53,743 nt of DNA from an uncultured Myxococcales bacterium (GCA_964431605.1 CAYSLH010000004.1:1-53743), one strand, 5' to 3'; shown: positions 36,095 to 45,903, counted from the first letter of the stretch. The notes: generated by a model from the sequence alone, not told the origin. Made by a program: numbers and translations.

Positions 36095-37972
36095 ATGCAG
36101 AACAACAAACCCGGCAAGCCCCAACAGGCTCAGACCAAGATAGATCCCAAGAATGTCTATGTCTCCGGCACCACCAAGATGAACAAACGAGCAGGGGATA
36201 CCCAGAAGCGTTCAGCCAAAGATGTCGCCAAACAATTCGAAGACGAAGATATGGCCAAGCAGGTGGCGGCAGCACTGGCCTTTTTCAAAGCCCTGGAAAA
36301 GGGACTAAAGCAAATTTCCCTATACAGGCACAACGTAAACCAATACAAGGACTACTTGAAACAATCCTTTGATGCGCTTGTGTCTTTGCTGAGAAAATGG
36401 GAGACCTTGCCCCTGAGGGTTGACCAGTTGGGATTCAAACTCCACGACGCCTGGGTGTATCAACACGATGCAGACGAGCAGAATATTGCCCACAAATTCT
36501 ATAGGGATGGGATCCGCATCCTGGTGTTTAGAAACGGTATAGACGAGCAGCAACTTTTGGATTTCGTTCTCATCTGCCTGACCAATTTCCATTCAGCCGA
36601 GTTCATGTACGAAGATATGGTCAGCCTGTTATGGAAACAGGATTTCTCCCATATCGAGTATGTTGTGGTTGATACCGTCGCGGTGGGCACGGAGACAGAA
36701 GAAGAAGCTCGGGCGGAAGTGGACAAGATCGTAAATTACCTCTACCAGCGCCTTACTTCAAAATCCGACGATCATGTGGCATTCGCTCGTATATCACTGG
36801 AAGACCTGGAGATCGAACTAGATGACGTGGAGCAGGCTAAGGGCGTGGTCATAAAAGGGTCACCCGCCTCTGCCGAGGAGAAAGGAAGGGTACAGGACGA
36901 ACTGGACGAGGAAAAAGAAAACAGCATGTTGCCCAAGCTCGTGGTCATACTCTTCAAGCTACTCGAAGATGAGTTGGACCAGGACCTGGGCCAGGCACTG
37001 GAAGAGGTATTTATCCAACTCCTGGATTCGTTCCTTATCCACGAAGATTTTCGAGGCATAAACCAGATGTTGCGTAAGTTCAAAACCCTCAGGAGAAAAA
37101 ATCTTCCGGCAGCAAATCTCGCCCGGCTGGAGCAAATCGAGAGTTCTTTCATAGCCCGCATGGGAGAGACAGAGCGCCTTGACCAGGTAACCCAGATCAT
37201 AGACGCCATGGCCCAGATCAAAGAACCTCAGGAGGTATACAGATACCTGACACGCCTGGACGAACAATCCATCCTCCAGCTGCTCCAGGCGCTGGAAAAG
37301 ATGGAGCGAGTGGATGCCAGGCGATTAGTATGTGACGCTCTCGCCACCCTGGGCAAGGACCAGTTGGATGTGTTTGTTCGCCGATTGAGCAGCAAGAAAG
37401 CCAATTTGGTTCGAGACATGCTATACATCATAGACAAGTTGAATCCTCCAGAAAGATTGAAAATAATCTCCAGGCTTTTGGATCATCCCAATCTGGCCAT
37501 CCGACTGGAAGCACTCAGCACGTTGGGTTCCAGCGGCGAAGATTCATCCAGGGCCTATGTACTCAAGGCACTGGAAGACAGCGACATGCAAATGCGCATC
37601 ACCGCTGCTCGAATGTTGCCCAATTTCGATCTGAAGATGGCAACAAAGACTCTCATCGCCATTGTGGAACGACAAGACTTTCCCAAGCGTGACAACAAGG
37701 AACAGGCAGCCATATTCGCAGCCTTGGCCAGTACCAACACACCAGAGGCCATGGGCTGGTTCCGGGACCAAATAAGGGCTACCACCCTCATGGGTCGAAA
37801 AAAACTCGCGGAACACAAACGTACAGTGGTGACCGGGCTCGCCATGTCCGGTTCCATTTCTGCGTTCAAGCTCCTGAAGGCCGAACTGGAGGCTGGTATA
37901 AAAGAAGAAGAAGTCGTTGCTGCAGCACAGCGAGCCTGCAGCAAGCTGAAAAAACGATTACTGGGATCCTGA
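36095..37972 (+). CDS. hypothetical protein with C-terminal HEAT repeats
   Basis: ATG at 36095 is preceded by GGAGG (6-nt spacer). The C-terminal third has HEAT/PBS-lyase-like repeats (HPNLAIRLEALSTLG, DSDMQMRITAARML). The N-terminal about 180 aa resembles the N-terminus of the next gene by eye. Confidence 0.6.
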   Translation: MQNNKPGKPQQAQTKIDPKNVYVSGTTKMNKRAGDTQKRSAKDVAKQFEDEDMAKQVAAALAFFKALEKGLKQISLYRHNVNQYKDYLKQSFDALVSLLRKWETLPLRVDQLGFKLHDAWVYQHDADEQNIAHKFYRDGIRILVFRNGIDEQQLLDFVLICLTNFHSAEFMYEDMVSLLWKQDFSHIEYVVVDTVAVGTETEEEARAEVDKIVNYLYQRLTSKSDDHVAFARISLEDLEIELDDVEQAKGVVIKGSPASAEEKGRVQDELDEEKENSMLPKLVVILFKLLEDELDQDLGQALEEVFIQLLDSFLIHEDFRGINQMLRKFKTLRRKNLPAANLARLEQIESSFIARMGETERLDQVTQIIDAMAQIKEPQEVYRYLTRLDEQSILQLLQALEKMERVDARRLVCDALATLGKDQLDVFVRRLSSKKANLVRDMLYIIDKLNPPERLKIISRLLDHPNLAIRLEALSTLGSSGEDSSRAYVLKALEDSDMQMRITAARMLPNFDLKMATKTLIAIVERQDFPKRDNKEQAAIFAALASTNTPEAMGWFRDQIRATTLMGRKKLAEHKRTVVTGLAMSGSISAFKLLKAELEAGIKEEEVVAAAQRACSKLKKRLLGS

Positions 37973-37989
37973 ACCGGAGGTAGAGCCTG

Positions 37990-39306
37990 GTGGCCGAGAA
38001 GCTCAAATTCCAGAAAAAACTGGAGGCAGCTCCAGAGCGCCTGGACATGGCAAGGCAGTATGAAGAAAAGCTCCAGACCCTTGGACGAAGCCTGATTGCC
38101 GGCCTGTACATGCTCGTAAGAAACGTCAAACTTTATGAACCAGAAAACGATATCTTCGCCAAACCCATGGAGCAGATCAAGGACATCATCAACACCATAA
38201 TGGCCATGGATGAGGCCGTGAACCTCCAGGGAGCCGGTGAATCGTTTTACCTGAACAATATGCTGGTCAAAATCGACATCAACTCCCTGGACAACGTTCG
38301 TTACCTCCTGAAGGAGTTCGAACGCAGGGGTGTAGGTGGATTCATACTGACCTCGGCAATAACCATTCCGGAACTTCGCAACTTCATCTATATCTTCTCC
38401 AAGGAGAGTTCGGAGGAGGTGGGAGACAGGGGTGTTTCTGCACGTAAGCTCCAGGCGCTGAAATTGCGCCGCTGGGAAAAAATCCAGGAAATTCTGGAAA
38501 ATCAAGAACTGTCTGATCACGAAGACAGGCAGGTGGACCGCAAGCGTTACACTCTTACCGTCTATGCCAGGACCATTTACTACATGCGTAAGTACATCGC
38601 CGGCCTCAGGGGAGATGGACCCCAGATCGCCATCAGGAAAGGCGGCAGGTACATACAGGACCTGGTGGACATCTGTTTCGGCCACAGAACCCACTTCCTC
38701 GGCCTTACCACCCTGAAGTCCGATGATGAGTATCTCGCTTTCCACTCGGTAAACGTCGCTCTGATGTCAATCGTTTTCGGTGCCGAGTTGGGACTCAACA
38801 AGCCTCAGCTCAGGGACCTGGGAATGGCCGCATTGTTTCATGACATGGGAATGGTGGATGTGGACGAAGAACTTCTATTGAAACGAACCAAACTGGAACC
38901 GGACGAGATCAAGCAGGTCAGAAAAGCTCCCCTGTATTCAGTAAAGCGGATTCTCAGGTCCAGGCTTCTGAACAAGCTTACCATACATAGGATCATTACG
39001 GCTTATGAGCACAAAACGGAATTCGGAACCCCGGTCAAGGATTTGAAGGGAAACATATCGTTCATCGTTCCAAAATCGGACTTGAGTGTTTATTCCAAGA
39101 TCATAGCCATTTCCGATTGCTACGAAGCTCTCACGTCGAGGAGGCCGTTCAGGGAAGCCTACAGCCCTGACATAGCCTTGTCGTTGATGTGGACTGAAAT
39201 CAAACACAAATTCGATCCCGAGTACCTGAAGATATTCATGGAGGTAATGAGGCTTCCATCAGTTAGAGTTTTAAGCGATAAAGGCGAGAAAATCGTTATT
39301 TTCTGA
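37990..39306 (+). CDS. degenerate HD-GYP-family domain protein
   Basis: GTG start with GGAGG 9 nt upstream. Motifs: H252 (FHSVNVAL), HDMGM (284-288; Lys of HDxGK lost), AYEHKTEFGTP in place of HHExxDGxGYP, and a conserved distal ISDCYEALTSRRPFREAY. Confidence 0.7.
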   Translation: MAEKLKFQKKLEAAPERLDMARQYEEKLQTLGRSLIAGLYMLVRNVKLYEPENDIFAKPMEQIKDIINTIMAMDEAVNLQGAGESFYLNNMLVKIDINSLDNVRYLLKEFERRGVGGFILTSAITIPELRNFIYIFSKESSEEVGDRGVSARKLQALKLRRWEKIQEILENQELSDHEDRQVDRKRYTLTVYARTIYYMRKYIAGLRGDGPQIAIRKGGRYIQDLVDICFGHRTHFLGLTTLKSDDEYLAFHSVNVALMSIVFGAELGLNKPQLRDLGMAALFHDMGMVDVDEELLLKRTKLEPDEIKQVRKAPLYSVKRILRSRLLNKLTIHRIITAYEHKTEFGTPVKDLKGNISFIVPKSDLSVYSKIIAISDCYEALTSRRPFREAYSPDIALSLMWTEIKHKFDPEYLKIFMEVMRLPSVRVLSDKGEKIVIF

Positions 39307-39318
39307 GGGCAACAGACC

Positions 39319-39732
39319 ATGTTGAAAAAAAGAGTTCAGCTAAGCGTAGTTTTGGAAAACGTCCCGGGAAGGTTGGGCGAAATTTGCGATTTACTCTATG
39401 GCCTGGGTGTGGACATAGATGCCATGACAGCCATTCCCATCGGTGAATCAGGGATACTTCGTATGGTGGTAAGCGATCACCAAAAGGCCATACATACATT
39501 GAACGACCACCAGATTCCGTTTTTGCAAACGGATGTACTCGTGGCGCACGTACCCAACGAACCAGGCATGGCAGCGGGACTTGGAGCCAGGTTTTCACAG
39601 GCCGGCGTAAATATCGAGTACGCTTATTTCTCAGGTGGGCAGCCCAAATCCATGACCCTGCTCGTGTTCAAGGTCAAAGACGTCACAGAAGCCATGATGA
39701 AACTTGAAAAACAGGCGGGCGAGTACAACTAG
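39319..39732 (+). CDS. ACT-domain protein
   Basis: 137 aa with two beta-alpha-beta-beta-alpha-beta-like halves (VVLENVPGRLGEICDLL...; VAHVPNEPGMAAGLGARFSQAGVNIEY), typical of tandem ACT small-molecule-binding proteins. Confidence 0.6.
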   Translation: MLKKRVQLSVVLENVPGRLGEICDLLYGLGVDIDAMTAIPIGESGILRMVVSDHQKAIHTLNDHQIPFLQTDVLVAHVPNEPGMAAGLGARFSQAGVNIEYAYFSGGQPKSMTLLVFKVKDVTEAMMKLEKQAGEYN

Positions 39733-39791
39733 TTTTCACTCAATACACATGCCATGTCCCTCGAGTGGCTCCAAGTACTTTCTGGTTTCAG

Positions 39792-40640
39792 TTACGGGTG
39801 GCTGTGGTGACCAGCCAGTTCCTTGGCCACCAATCGGACCACTTCTCCAGACAGTATCAGCGTCAAGTGCCCCCTGTATTGCATGATGTAATTATCCCCT
39901 CTGGGAGACAATCCGCAATGCCACGGAAGCACCAGGTTGTCATGGGTGGAACATATCCCAAGCATGCGAACACCCTTTGCCTGGCTCGCCTGGTTGAGCT
40001 TCTCAAGAAAAAAACTACCCCGCCTCATCTGCCTCGCATTGCTGCCAGGAAGCAAGACCGAAAGAGCCGAGCCCTGATGGGGAGTGCCAATGGTCACCAC
40101 GCTCCTGACTCGTTTTTTCATGCCCCCCATCTCCACCAGGTACCTTGACAAGAGCCCTCCCTGGCTATGACCCACCAGGTCTACCAGGTCCGCATCCAAC
40201 TGCTCCATCCACTGAAGGATGTCAGATTTAAACTCCCTACCAATACGTTCGAGACCACCGTAATACCTCTTGGGAGAAAAGGCCCGGACTGGAACTCTGA
40301 GCTTTCGTGCCAAGCGGCGCTCGAGGAAAAACATCGTCAGGGCGTTTTCACTGTGACCAGGAAGTATGGCTACCGGAACCTGACCTTTTCCAAGGGAATG
40401 CCCCACACCCTCGTTACGCATGAACTTGTAGGGAAAGGTCAAAATAACCCAAATACTGGCCACCCACTCCAGTAAAATACTGGCTGCGCCACCTGCGATA
40501 CGCCCTGCCAATGTATCATCTGGTCCCCTGGAGCCGCCCCCTGGAAACACCAAATGAGCGAGGGTATAGGTAACACCGACCAATATGGCACCGAACCATA
40601 CGGGAAACAAAACTACAGCTAAGACCACAGTACCCATCAC
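39792..40640 (-). CDS. membrane-anchored alpha/beta-hydrolase (lipase/esterase-like)
   Basis: Two N-terminal TM helices. Nucleophile elbow GHSQGG, as in bacterial family I lipases. Downstream Asp/His candidates (THDNLV, YRGH). Confidence 0.65.
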   Translation of the reverse strand: MMGTVVLAVVLFPVWFGAILVGVTYTLAHLVFPGGGSRGPDDTLAGRIAGGAASILLEWVASIWVILTFPYKFMRNEGVGHSLGKGQVPVAILPGHSENALTMFFLERRLARKLRVPVRAFSPKRYYGGLERIGREFKSDILQWMEQLDADLVDLVGHSQGGLLSRYLVEMGGMKKRVRSVVTIGTPHQGSALSVLLPGSNARQMRRGSFFLEKLNQASQAKGVRMLGICSTHDNLVLPWHCGLSPRGDNYIMQYRGHLTLILSGEVVRLVAKELAGHHSHP

Positions 40641-40652
40641 AAAATCCGTACC

Positions 40653-42278
40653 TTACAAAATATCAAAAGTGAATCGAAGCAGTACCCTCTGTTCAAACTG
40701 GAGAAAATCCGAAAGTTGTTTATTGTAATCAAGCTTCACAACATACGCGATGGAAGCAAACGATACGAGTCTCAAACTGATGGTGTTCTTCCAGTTGATC
40801 ACAGGTTCCGAACTGCCTTCGGATGATACGAACGGGATCAGAGAATCGAGTTCCGTGTCTATGAGCACCCACCTGGTCAGCCTGGCGGAACCTATCAGGG
40901 TCGCCTCCGCCCCCAGCAGATTTGAAGACCTGGCTCTGACGAAACACATGGCATCAGAGCACATGTCCGCAGGTTGTTCAGATTCGCGTTCGATTAGCAA
41001 CGAACGAACCAGGTTGTGCCTGGCGCCTACTCCGATCCTGAGGTGGAGATCCAACAACAGAGAAGGGCTGAGATCAAACGACACACCCACGCCCTCTTTC
41101 AGTTCCAGCGGGTCGAAAGAGTCAGCCAGATCTATTTGTGTGGGTCTGACAAACCTGGATTCCTCATTGAGGTTTTCATCCAATATCACCACATCACGGT
41201 CGTTCGACCCAAAGGAGCGAACACCACGGAACAAGTTGGTATTCAATCCGAACCTTATGTACGGACCGAGCCATGACAAGAAGCGGTAAGTGTATATTGC
41301 ATCCAGGTCCACCTCGTCTATGGTCTTGCTCCATTCCAGGTCACTAAAATCAGTTCCTATATTCTGAAATGCCTGCCCTCCCTCATCAACTTGCAACCTG
41401 AAATAGGCGAGGTGATGAGGATCCAGGTATCGCAGGGAAAAATCCACGAATGCATTGAAGGTGGTGGAATTGCCGGGAGACCTTCCAGGAACGTGATCAT
41501 TTCTATTCCACAACAGGTCTCCGCCGACTATCAAGCCCAATCTCCAGTTTTTTATCTCGGTCCTGCCTTCCCACCTGTCCACCACGCCGCCACCTTTGAA
41601 GTTACCCTCCTCATCCTGCACCAGGGTGTAATGGACCAATTCACCTGCCCGTAATCTGACCGTTACAAAATCGGTCCGAGCACGTGGAGTCTCTCCGGCA
41701 CGCACGATCATGTAGCGCCCCGGCCTCAACAACCAAGTGCGCAAGGTCTCTCCCCTGGTCTCATCAGCACCCAGCCCCAATCCAAAATCCTCACCGGACG
41801 GCAAAGCAAACATTTCGTATGTGCCACGAATCTGTACACCATGTTCATCCACGACCCTGACGATGATTCCAGACCAATCGGCATCCACCAGTGAGACGTG
41901 TCCCTCGAACACCTCCACAGGATGAAGCATCATCTGCCCTTCGACACCGGAGCCTACACGAACGGTGTAGTTGCCTGGTGTTAGTATGGCTTTCTTGCCG
42001 GTGGGGGATCTCGCCACCAGTTCACCGTTGGAATCCAACACCACGTAAGGCGGTTCAGCCGCTGATTCACTCATGGCCGGGACAAAAACAGCGCCTTTGC
42101 CCACAGGTACCAACTCTGCATCCATGTCCATCTGGATCTTCGGTTCCGGCAGGAGCCACCCGGGAGGAGTAAATTGCTTCTTATCCTCATGATTGCCGCC
42201 ATTATTCCCAGCCCACGAAAAACCGCTTCCCAACAAGACGGCCACAGATAACAGCATAAACGGTTTTGATTTGCTCAA
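40653..42278 (-). CDS. hypothetical secreted protein with a C-terminal beta-barrel-like domain
   Basis: Signal peptide MSKSKPFMLLSVAVLLGSGFSWA. N-terminal beta-sandwich-like region (LTPGNYTVRVGSG). The C-terminal about 300 aa has amphipathic strands and ends LLRFTFDIL. 4-nt overlap with the upstream lipoprotein gene. Confidence 0.5.
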   Translation of the reverse strand: MSKSKPFMLLSVAVLLGSGFSWAGNNGGNHEDKKQFTPPGWLLPEPKIQMDMDAELVPVGKGAVFVPAMSESAAEPPYVVLDSNGELVARSPTGKKAILTPGNYTVRVGSGVEGQMMLHPVEVFEGHVSLVDADWSGIIVRVVDEHGVQIRGTYEMFALPSGEDFGLGLGADETRGETLRTWLLRPGRYMIVRAGETPRARTDFVTVRLRAGELVHYTLVQDEEGNFKGGGVVDRWEGRTEIKNWRLGLIVGGDLLWNRNDHVPGRSPGNSTTFNAFVDFSLRYLDPHHLAYFRLQVDEGGQAFQNIGTDFSDLEWSKTIDEVDLDAIYTYRFLSWLGPYIRFGLNTNLFRGVRSFGSNDRDVVILDENLNEESRFVRPTQIDLADSFDPLELKEGVGVSFDLSPSLLLDLHLRIGVGARHNLVRSLLIERESEQPADMCSDAMCFVRARSSNLLGAEATLIGSARLTRWVLIDTELDSLIPFVSSEGSSEPVINWKNTISLRLVSFASIAYVVKLDYNKQLSDFLQFEQRVLLRFTFDIL

Positions 42279-42928
42279 GGCGTATCCTCCCCTTTCGTCT
42301 CTGTTTTGAGTACAGATTGATTACGGGAAAGAAATCCGCGCAAATCTTCCACTACTTCGTTCATGCCTTGTTCCATCAGCTCACTGAGAGCCTTTACTAC
42401 GTAAACCGGCTCTTTGTTGTAGACCCTTTTTTTCTTATCGATCCTGTATGACCACACAACCGCATCGTTTCTGAACCTTGTCAAACGCAAGCTCAACGCG
42501 ATGTGAGCAAACCACTCATCACCACTATCCAATTCCTCGATGGCCTCCAGGACCCCGGACATTTCGTATTGAGGCCGTGTTTCACCATAGTCCCTGCTGA
42601 CCACTTCGAACAGGCCCGAGTGCTCCAGGTGCCTGACCACGAGCCCTGTAACCATCTTGTTGGGTTTTACAGCCCACAGCATGTAGTTGTAATACTGAAA
42701 CTGGTATGGAGAAAAACGGTACACGATCTTGTCTTTGTCGTACGCAGGGGTTATTTCCATATCGCTTACGCGAAGTGACTCGGCAAGGGCCCTGTGCTTG
42801 TGCCGCTGAGGCAACAAGGTGTATGCCATGGTGAAATACGTAAAATCAGGCACCGAAGCGCATCCCATGCCAAGGATCAACAACATCAGAAACGACCTGC
42901 TCAACCATGTTCTGGGCCCTGATATCAC
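42275..42928 (-). CDS. ABC-type transport auxiliary lipoprotein (DUF330/PqiC-like)
   Basis: Lipobox LGMGC, about 200 aa. Sits directly after the MCE-domain gene with a 4-nt overlap, which is the usual position of this family. Confidence 0.6.
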   Translation of the reverse strand: MISGPRTWLSRSFLMLLILGMGCASVPDFTYFTMAYTLLPQRHKHRALAESLRVSDMEITPAYDKDKIVYRFSPYQFQYYNYMLWAVKPNKMVTGLVVRHLEHSGLFEVVSRDYGETRPQYEMSGVLEAIEELDSGDEWFAHIALSLRLTRFRNDAVVWSYRIDKKKRVYNKEPVYVVKALSELMEQGMNEVVEDLRGFLSRNQSVLKTETKGEDTP

Positions 42929-43938
42929 GGCAATTCCCTCCCGCGTTTTTCCTGGGATCGCAGCAACAATGATGGATCATCGCGAATCAAACGACTGAAG
43001 TCGCGGGCATTTTCAGCAGTCTCGGCCAGATACCGCAAAGTGGCTCTAAAGTCCTGCCTCCCCCTTGCTACCAATAAATCCAGTTTCTCCACCAGGGCGT
43101 CCGTTCTTCCAGCCATCTTATTCAACGCTTTGGTAAACCTGCCAAGTTCATCTTCACCGAGACGCTTTTTAGCCTCCCCAAGCATGGTTCTCGTGTCGTT
43201 GAGCACATCGGCAACACGCTTTTCATCCAATACTCCTTCCGCATGCCTTCGAATGCTGGCAATTGCAGCTGAAGTCTCTTTTGCAACCGCTCGAAGCTCA
43301 TCGATGGCCATCACCAGCCTCGAAGATGCCTTGTTGATATTTTCAAGGGTTGATGTCACCAACCCGGAGTTCTTTGTAAGGGTTCGGTCTAGTGTATTCA
43401 TGAGGCTTCCGGATCGCTCCAGAACGTCCGCCACCAATGCCCTGTTCTCGTCACCTGTAAGTGCCACCATCTGGTTTACAAGCAGCTCCGCTTTGAGAGA
43501 AAGTGTCTCCGCTCGACCCGTCAGTTTGTCAACCACCGAGGTTCCCGCCTTGATCGTCGAGTCGGGAGGAAGGGTCATGGATGACGACGTACCTCCAACA
43601 AGTTCGATAAACCTGAGCCCGGTTATACCTTGGACATTAAGGATAGCCTTGGTGTTTTCCTTTATGGGAGTGCCTTTTTGCAGGCTGATGGCCACTCTGG
43701 TCTGACTGACTTTTTTAGGATTTATCCATATCCTGTCCACCCTACCAACCCTCACCCCGTTGTACTTCACCGGTGCACCAACCTCCAGACCCGAGACCGA
43801 AATATCATAGTCGATCTCGTAGATGTCACGGTCAGCGAACACGGTTGAGCCTAAAACAGCAGCAAGCAGGACAAACAACAATACCAACGATACCAACACG
43901 AACAAACCAAGACGTACTTTTTGGGAGCGAGTAATCAA
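42925..43938 (-). CDS. mlaD: MCE-domain protein (MlaD family)
   Basis: N-terminal TM, MCE fold (VSGLEVGAPVKYNGVRVGRVDRIWI), and a long helical C-terminus. Confidence 0.85.
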   Translation of the reverse strand: MITRSQKVRLGLFVLVSLVLLFVLLAAVLGSTVFADRDIYEIDYDISVSGLEVGAPVKYNGVRVGRVDRIWINPKKVSQTRVAISLQKGTPIKENTKAILNVQGITGLRFIELVGGTSSSMTLPPDSTIKAGTSVVDKLTGRAETLSLKAELLVNQMVALTGDENRALVADVLERSGSLMNTLDRTLTKNSGLVTSTLENINKASSRLVMAIDELRAVAKETSAAIASIRRHAEGVLDEKRVADVLNDTRTMLGEAKKRLGEDELGRFTKALNKMAGRTDALVEKLDLLVARGRQDFRATLRYLAETAENARDFSRLIRDDPSLLLRSQEKRGRELP

Positions 43939-44738
43939 CCGTCCACCTCCCCTCCTGCATCCAAGCGATCAAGGACCGAAAGCCCGGCACTTTCGGGCTT
44001 GGTGGCCGAACGTTCCAAAAATCCTCTGACTGAGGGATGCTCACTGGACTTTGCCTCGTTTAGTGTGCCGTCGAAAACCACGGCCCCGTCTGCCACCATT
44101 ATCATGCGATCAGCGATTACTTCAATGCTTGAAAGCTCATGAGTCACCACCACCAGGGTTACATTGAGACCACTGCGAAGATCCAACAACAGCCGGTCCA
44201 ACGCCGCCGCAGTTACCGGGTCCAGACCCGCAGAGGGTTCATCGCAAAAAAGTATATCCGGGTCCAACACCATGGCCCTGGCCAAGGCCACGCGTTTTCG
44301 CATACCACCGGAGAGCTCACTGGGGCTCATGGACCATGTGTGTTCCAAACCAACCATGGCGAGTTTCATTCGAACCAGCTTTTCCTTTGCCGGCGATGGC
44401 AGGTCAGAATGTAACTGCAAGGGCAACGCCACGTTTTCCGCCACGGTCATGGAATTCAGCAATGCCCCGCCCTGGAACAAAAGCCCCACTCTGGAGCGCA
44501 CTTGCATCAACCCGGTCTCGTCCAAACCATCCAGGTCCCTTCCCAGCAGCCGAATAGTTCCAGCAAGCGGTTTCAACAACCCGACGGCACCCTTTAGCAA
44601 CGTGGATTTTCCACACCCAGAAGTACCGGTAATCACCACGAGTTGGCCAGGTTCGATGGAAAAATTTACTCCAGAAAGCACCGGTTGGTGACCGTAGCCC
44701 AAGGACACGTCTTTCATCTGGAGTAAAGCTCTCACCAC
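43935..44738 (-). CDS. mlaF: ABC transporter ATP-binding protein (MlaF family)
   Basis: Walker A GTSGCGKST, signature LSGGMRKRVALARA, Walker B ILFCDEP. Confidence 0.9.
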   Translation of the reverse strand: MVRALLQMKDVSLGYGHQPVLSGVNFSIEPGQLVVITGTSGCGKSTLLKGAVGLLKPLAGTIRLLGRDLDGLDETGLMQVRSRVGLLFQGGALLNSMTVAENVALPLQLHSDLPSPAKEKLVRMKLAMVGLEHTWSMSPSELSGGMRKRVALARAMVLDPDILFCDEPSAGLDPVTAAALDRLLLDLRSGLNVTLVVVTHELSSIEVIADRMIMVADGAVVFDGTLNEAKSSEHPSVRGFLERSATKPESAGLSVLDRLDAGGEVDG

Positions 44739-44745
44739 CTAGTCC

Positions 44746-45903
44746 TCACAAGTAGAAGATAAGACTGAATATACAGTCTGCGATTATTACAGAAAAGATC
44801 GCAAGTACCACCGAACGAGTGGTGGAAATTCCCACCTCTCCGGCACCACCTCTTGTTCCGAGGCCACTGTGGGCAGCCACCACAAGTATGATCCATCCAA
44901 ACACCAGGCTCTTCGATAATCCCGTAACCAGGTCCTTGAATTTCAACACCTCGCCCGTTCTGTTCAGGTACGCTTCGGGCGGGACTCCCAGAGCAACGGT
45001 GGCGATGGCCATTCCACCCAGGATACCAAAACAAATGGAAGCTGCGGTAAGAAGCGGTTGGGTGATTGTAACGGCATAGACCTTGGGCACCACTAAAAAT
45101 CGAACAGGAGAAAAGCCCATGGCCCTCAGGGCATCCACTTCTTCTGTGACCTCCATGGTTGCCAACTCTGCCGCTATTGCCGAGCCGGATCTTCCAGCAA
45201 CGATGATGGCGGTCATCATTGGTCCCATCTCCCGAACCATCGCAACAGCAACGAGATCAGCGACATAAATATTTGCACCAAACTGCCTCAACTGATGCAT
45301 GCTCAGCAAAGCCATGGTCAATCCGATGAGGGCCGCCAACAGACCGACTATTCCGAAAGCCATGGAACCGAGAAGGATGGTCTGCCTGGTGAGTTCCCCG
45401 GAAGGGGCACCTCTGCCCGACACGAACGGACCCACCACTGACCAATACAGGATATCGGACAACAGCAGGAAAAACTCCTTGGTGTCTGTCCACTTTCCGA
45501 TTGCCCAGTCACCCAGGGATTCAAAAAACGGTTCGTGCCTGGATAAATCATCGTCCGATTTGTCATCCTGAAACCGAAACATTTCCAAGATTCTGCGTGC
45601 CGGCTTGCTTGCCCCCAAAAGCCTCGGATGACATTTTTTTTCCAGGGCCAGGTCCAGCCATCGGGCCACCGCAGCCACTCCGGCCGAATCCATGGCCTCT
45701 ACCCCGACCAGATCCAAACCGATTTTCCCACCCTTCTTGGGAGTCCAGGCACTGAGCCAATCGAGCACCGCGGATGCTGAATCCCTGTCCAGCCTTCCCC
45801 GAACTATGAGCCGGATGAAATCGTCCTCGGTCACACGCTCGACCTTTGCGTGTCGCGGTTGGTCCATGTATCCATTACTAACCCGTATCCACCTTTCGGT
45901 CAA
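44746..45903 (-). CDS. mlaE: MlaE-family ABC permease with an N-terminal STAS (MlaB-like) domain
   Basis: The N-terminal about 115 aa is STAS-like (RLIVRGRLDRDSASAVLDWL...IGLDLVGVEAMDSAGVAAVARWL). A MlaE/YrbE permease core follows, with 5 TM and the EVDALRAMG motif. Confidence 0.85.
   Translation of the reverse strand: MTERWIRVSNGYMDQPRHAKVERVTEDDFIRLIVRGRLDRDSASAVLDWLSAWTPKKGGKIGLDLVGVEAMDSAGVAAVARWLDLALEKKCHPRLLGASKPARRILEMFRFQDDKSDDDLSRHEPFFESLGDWAIGKWTDTKEFFLLLSDILYWSVVGPFVSGRGAPSGELTRQTILLGSMAFGIVGLLAALIGLTMALLSMHQLRQFGANIYVADLVAVAMVREMGPMMTAIIVAGRSGSAIAAELATMEVTEEVDALRAMGFSPVRFLVVPKVYAVTITQPLLTAASICFGILGGMAIATVALGVPPEAYLNRTGEVLKFKDLVTGLSKSLVFGWIILVVAAHSGLGTRGGAGEVGISTTRSVVLAIFSVIIADCIFSLIFYL

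Noticed and set aside
37555-38745. 396-aa ORF antisense to the HEAT and HD-GYP genes
   Set aside because: It spans the junction of two sense genes that have clear domain signatures and RBSs. It has no motif content of its own and is most likely a codon-bias artefact. The same applies to 906-1592, 1683-2480, 9344-10069, 43040-43705 and 46139-46822.
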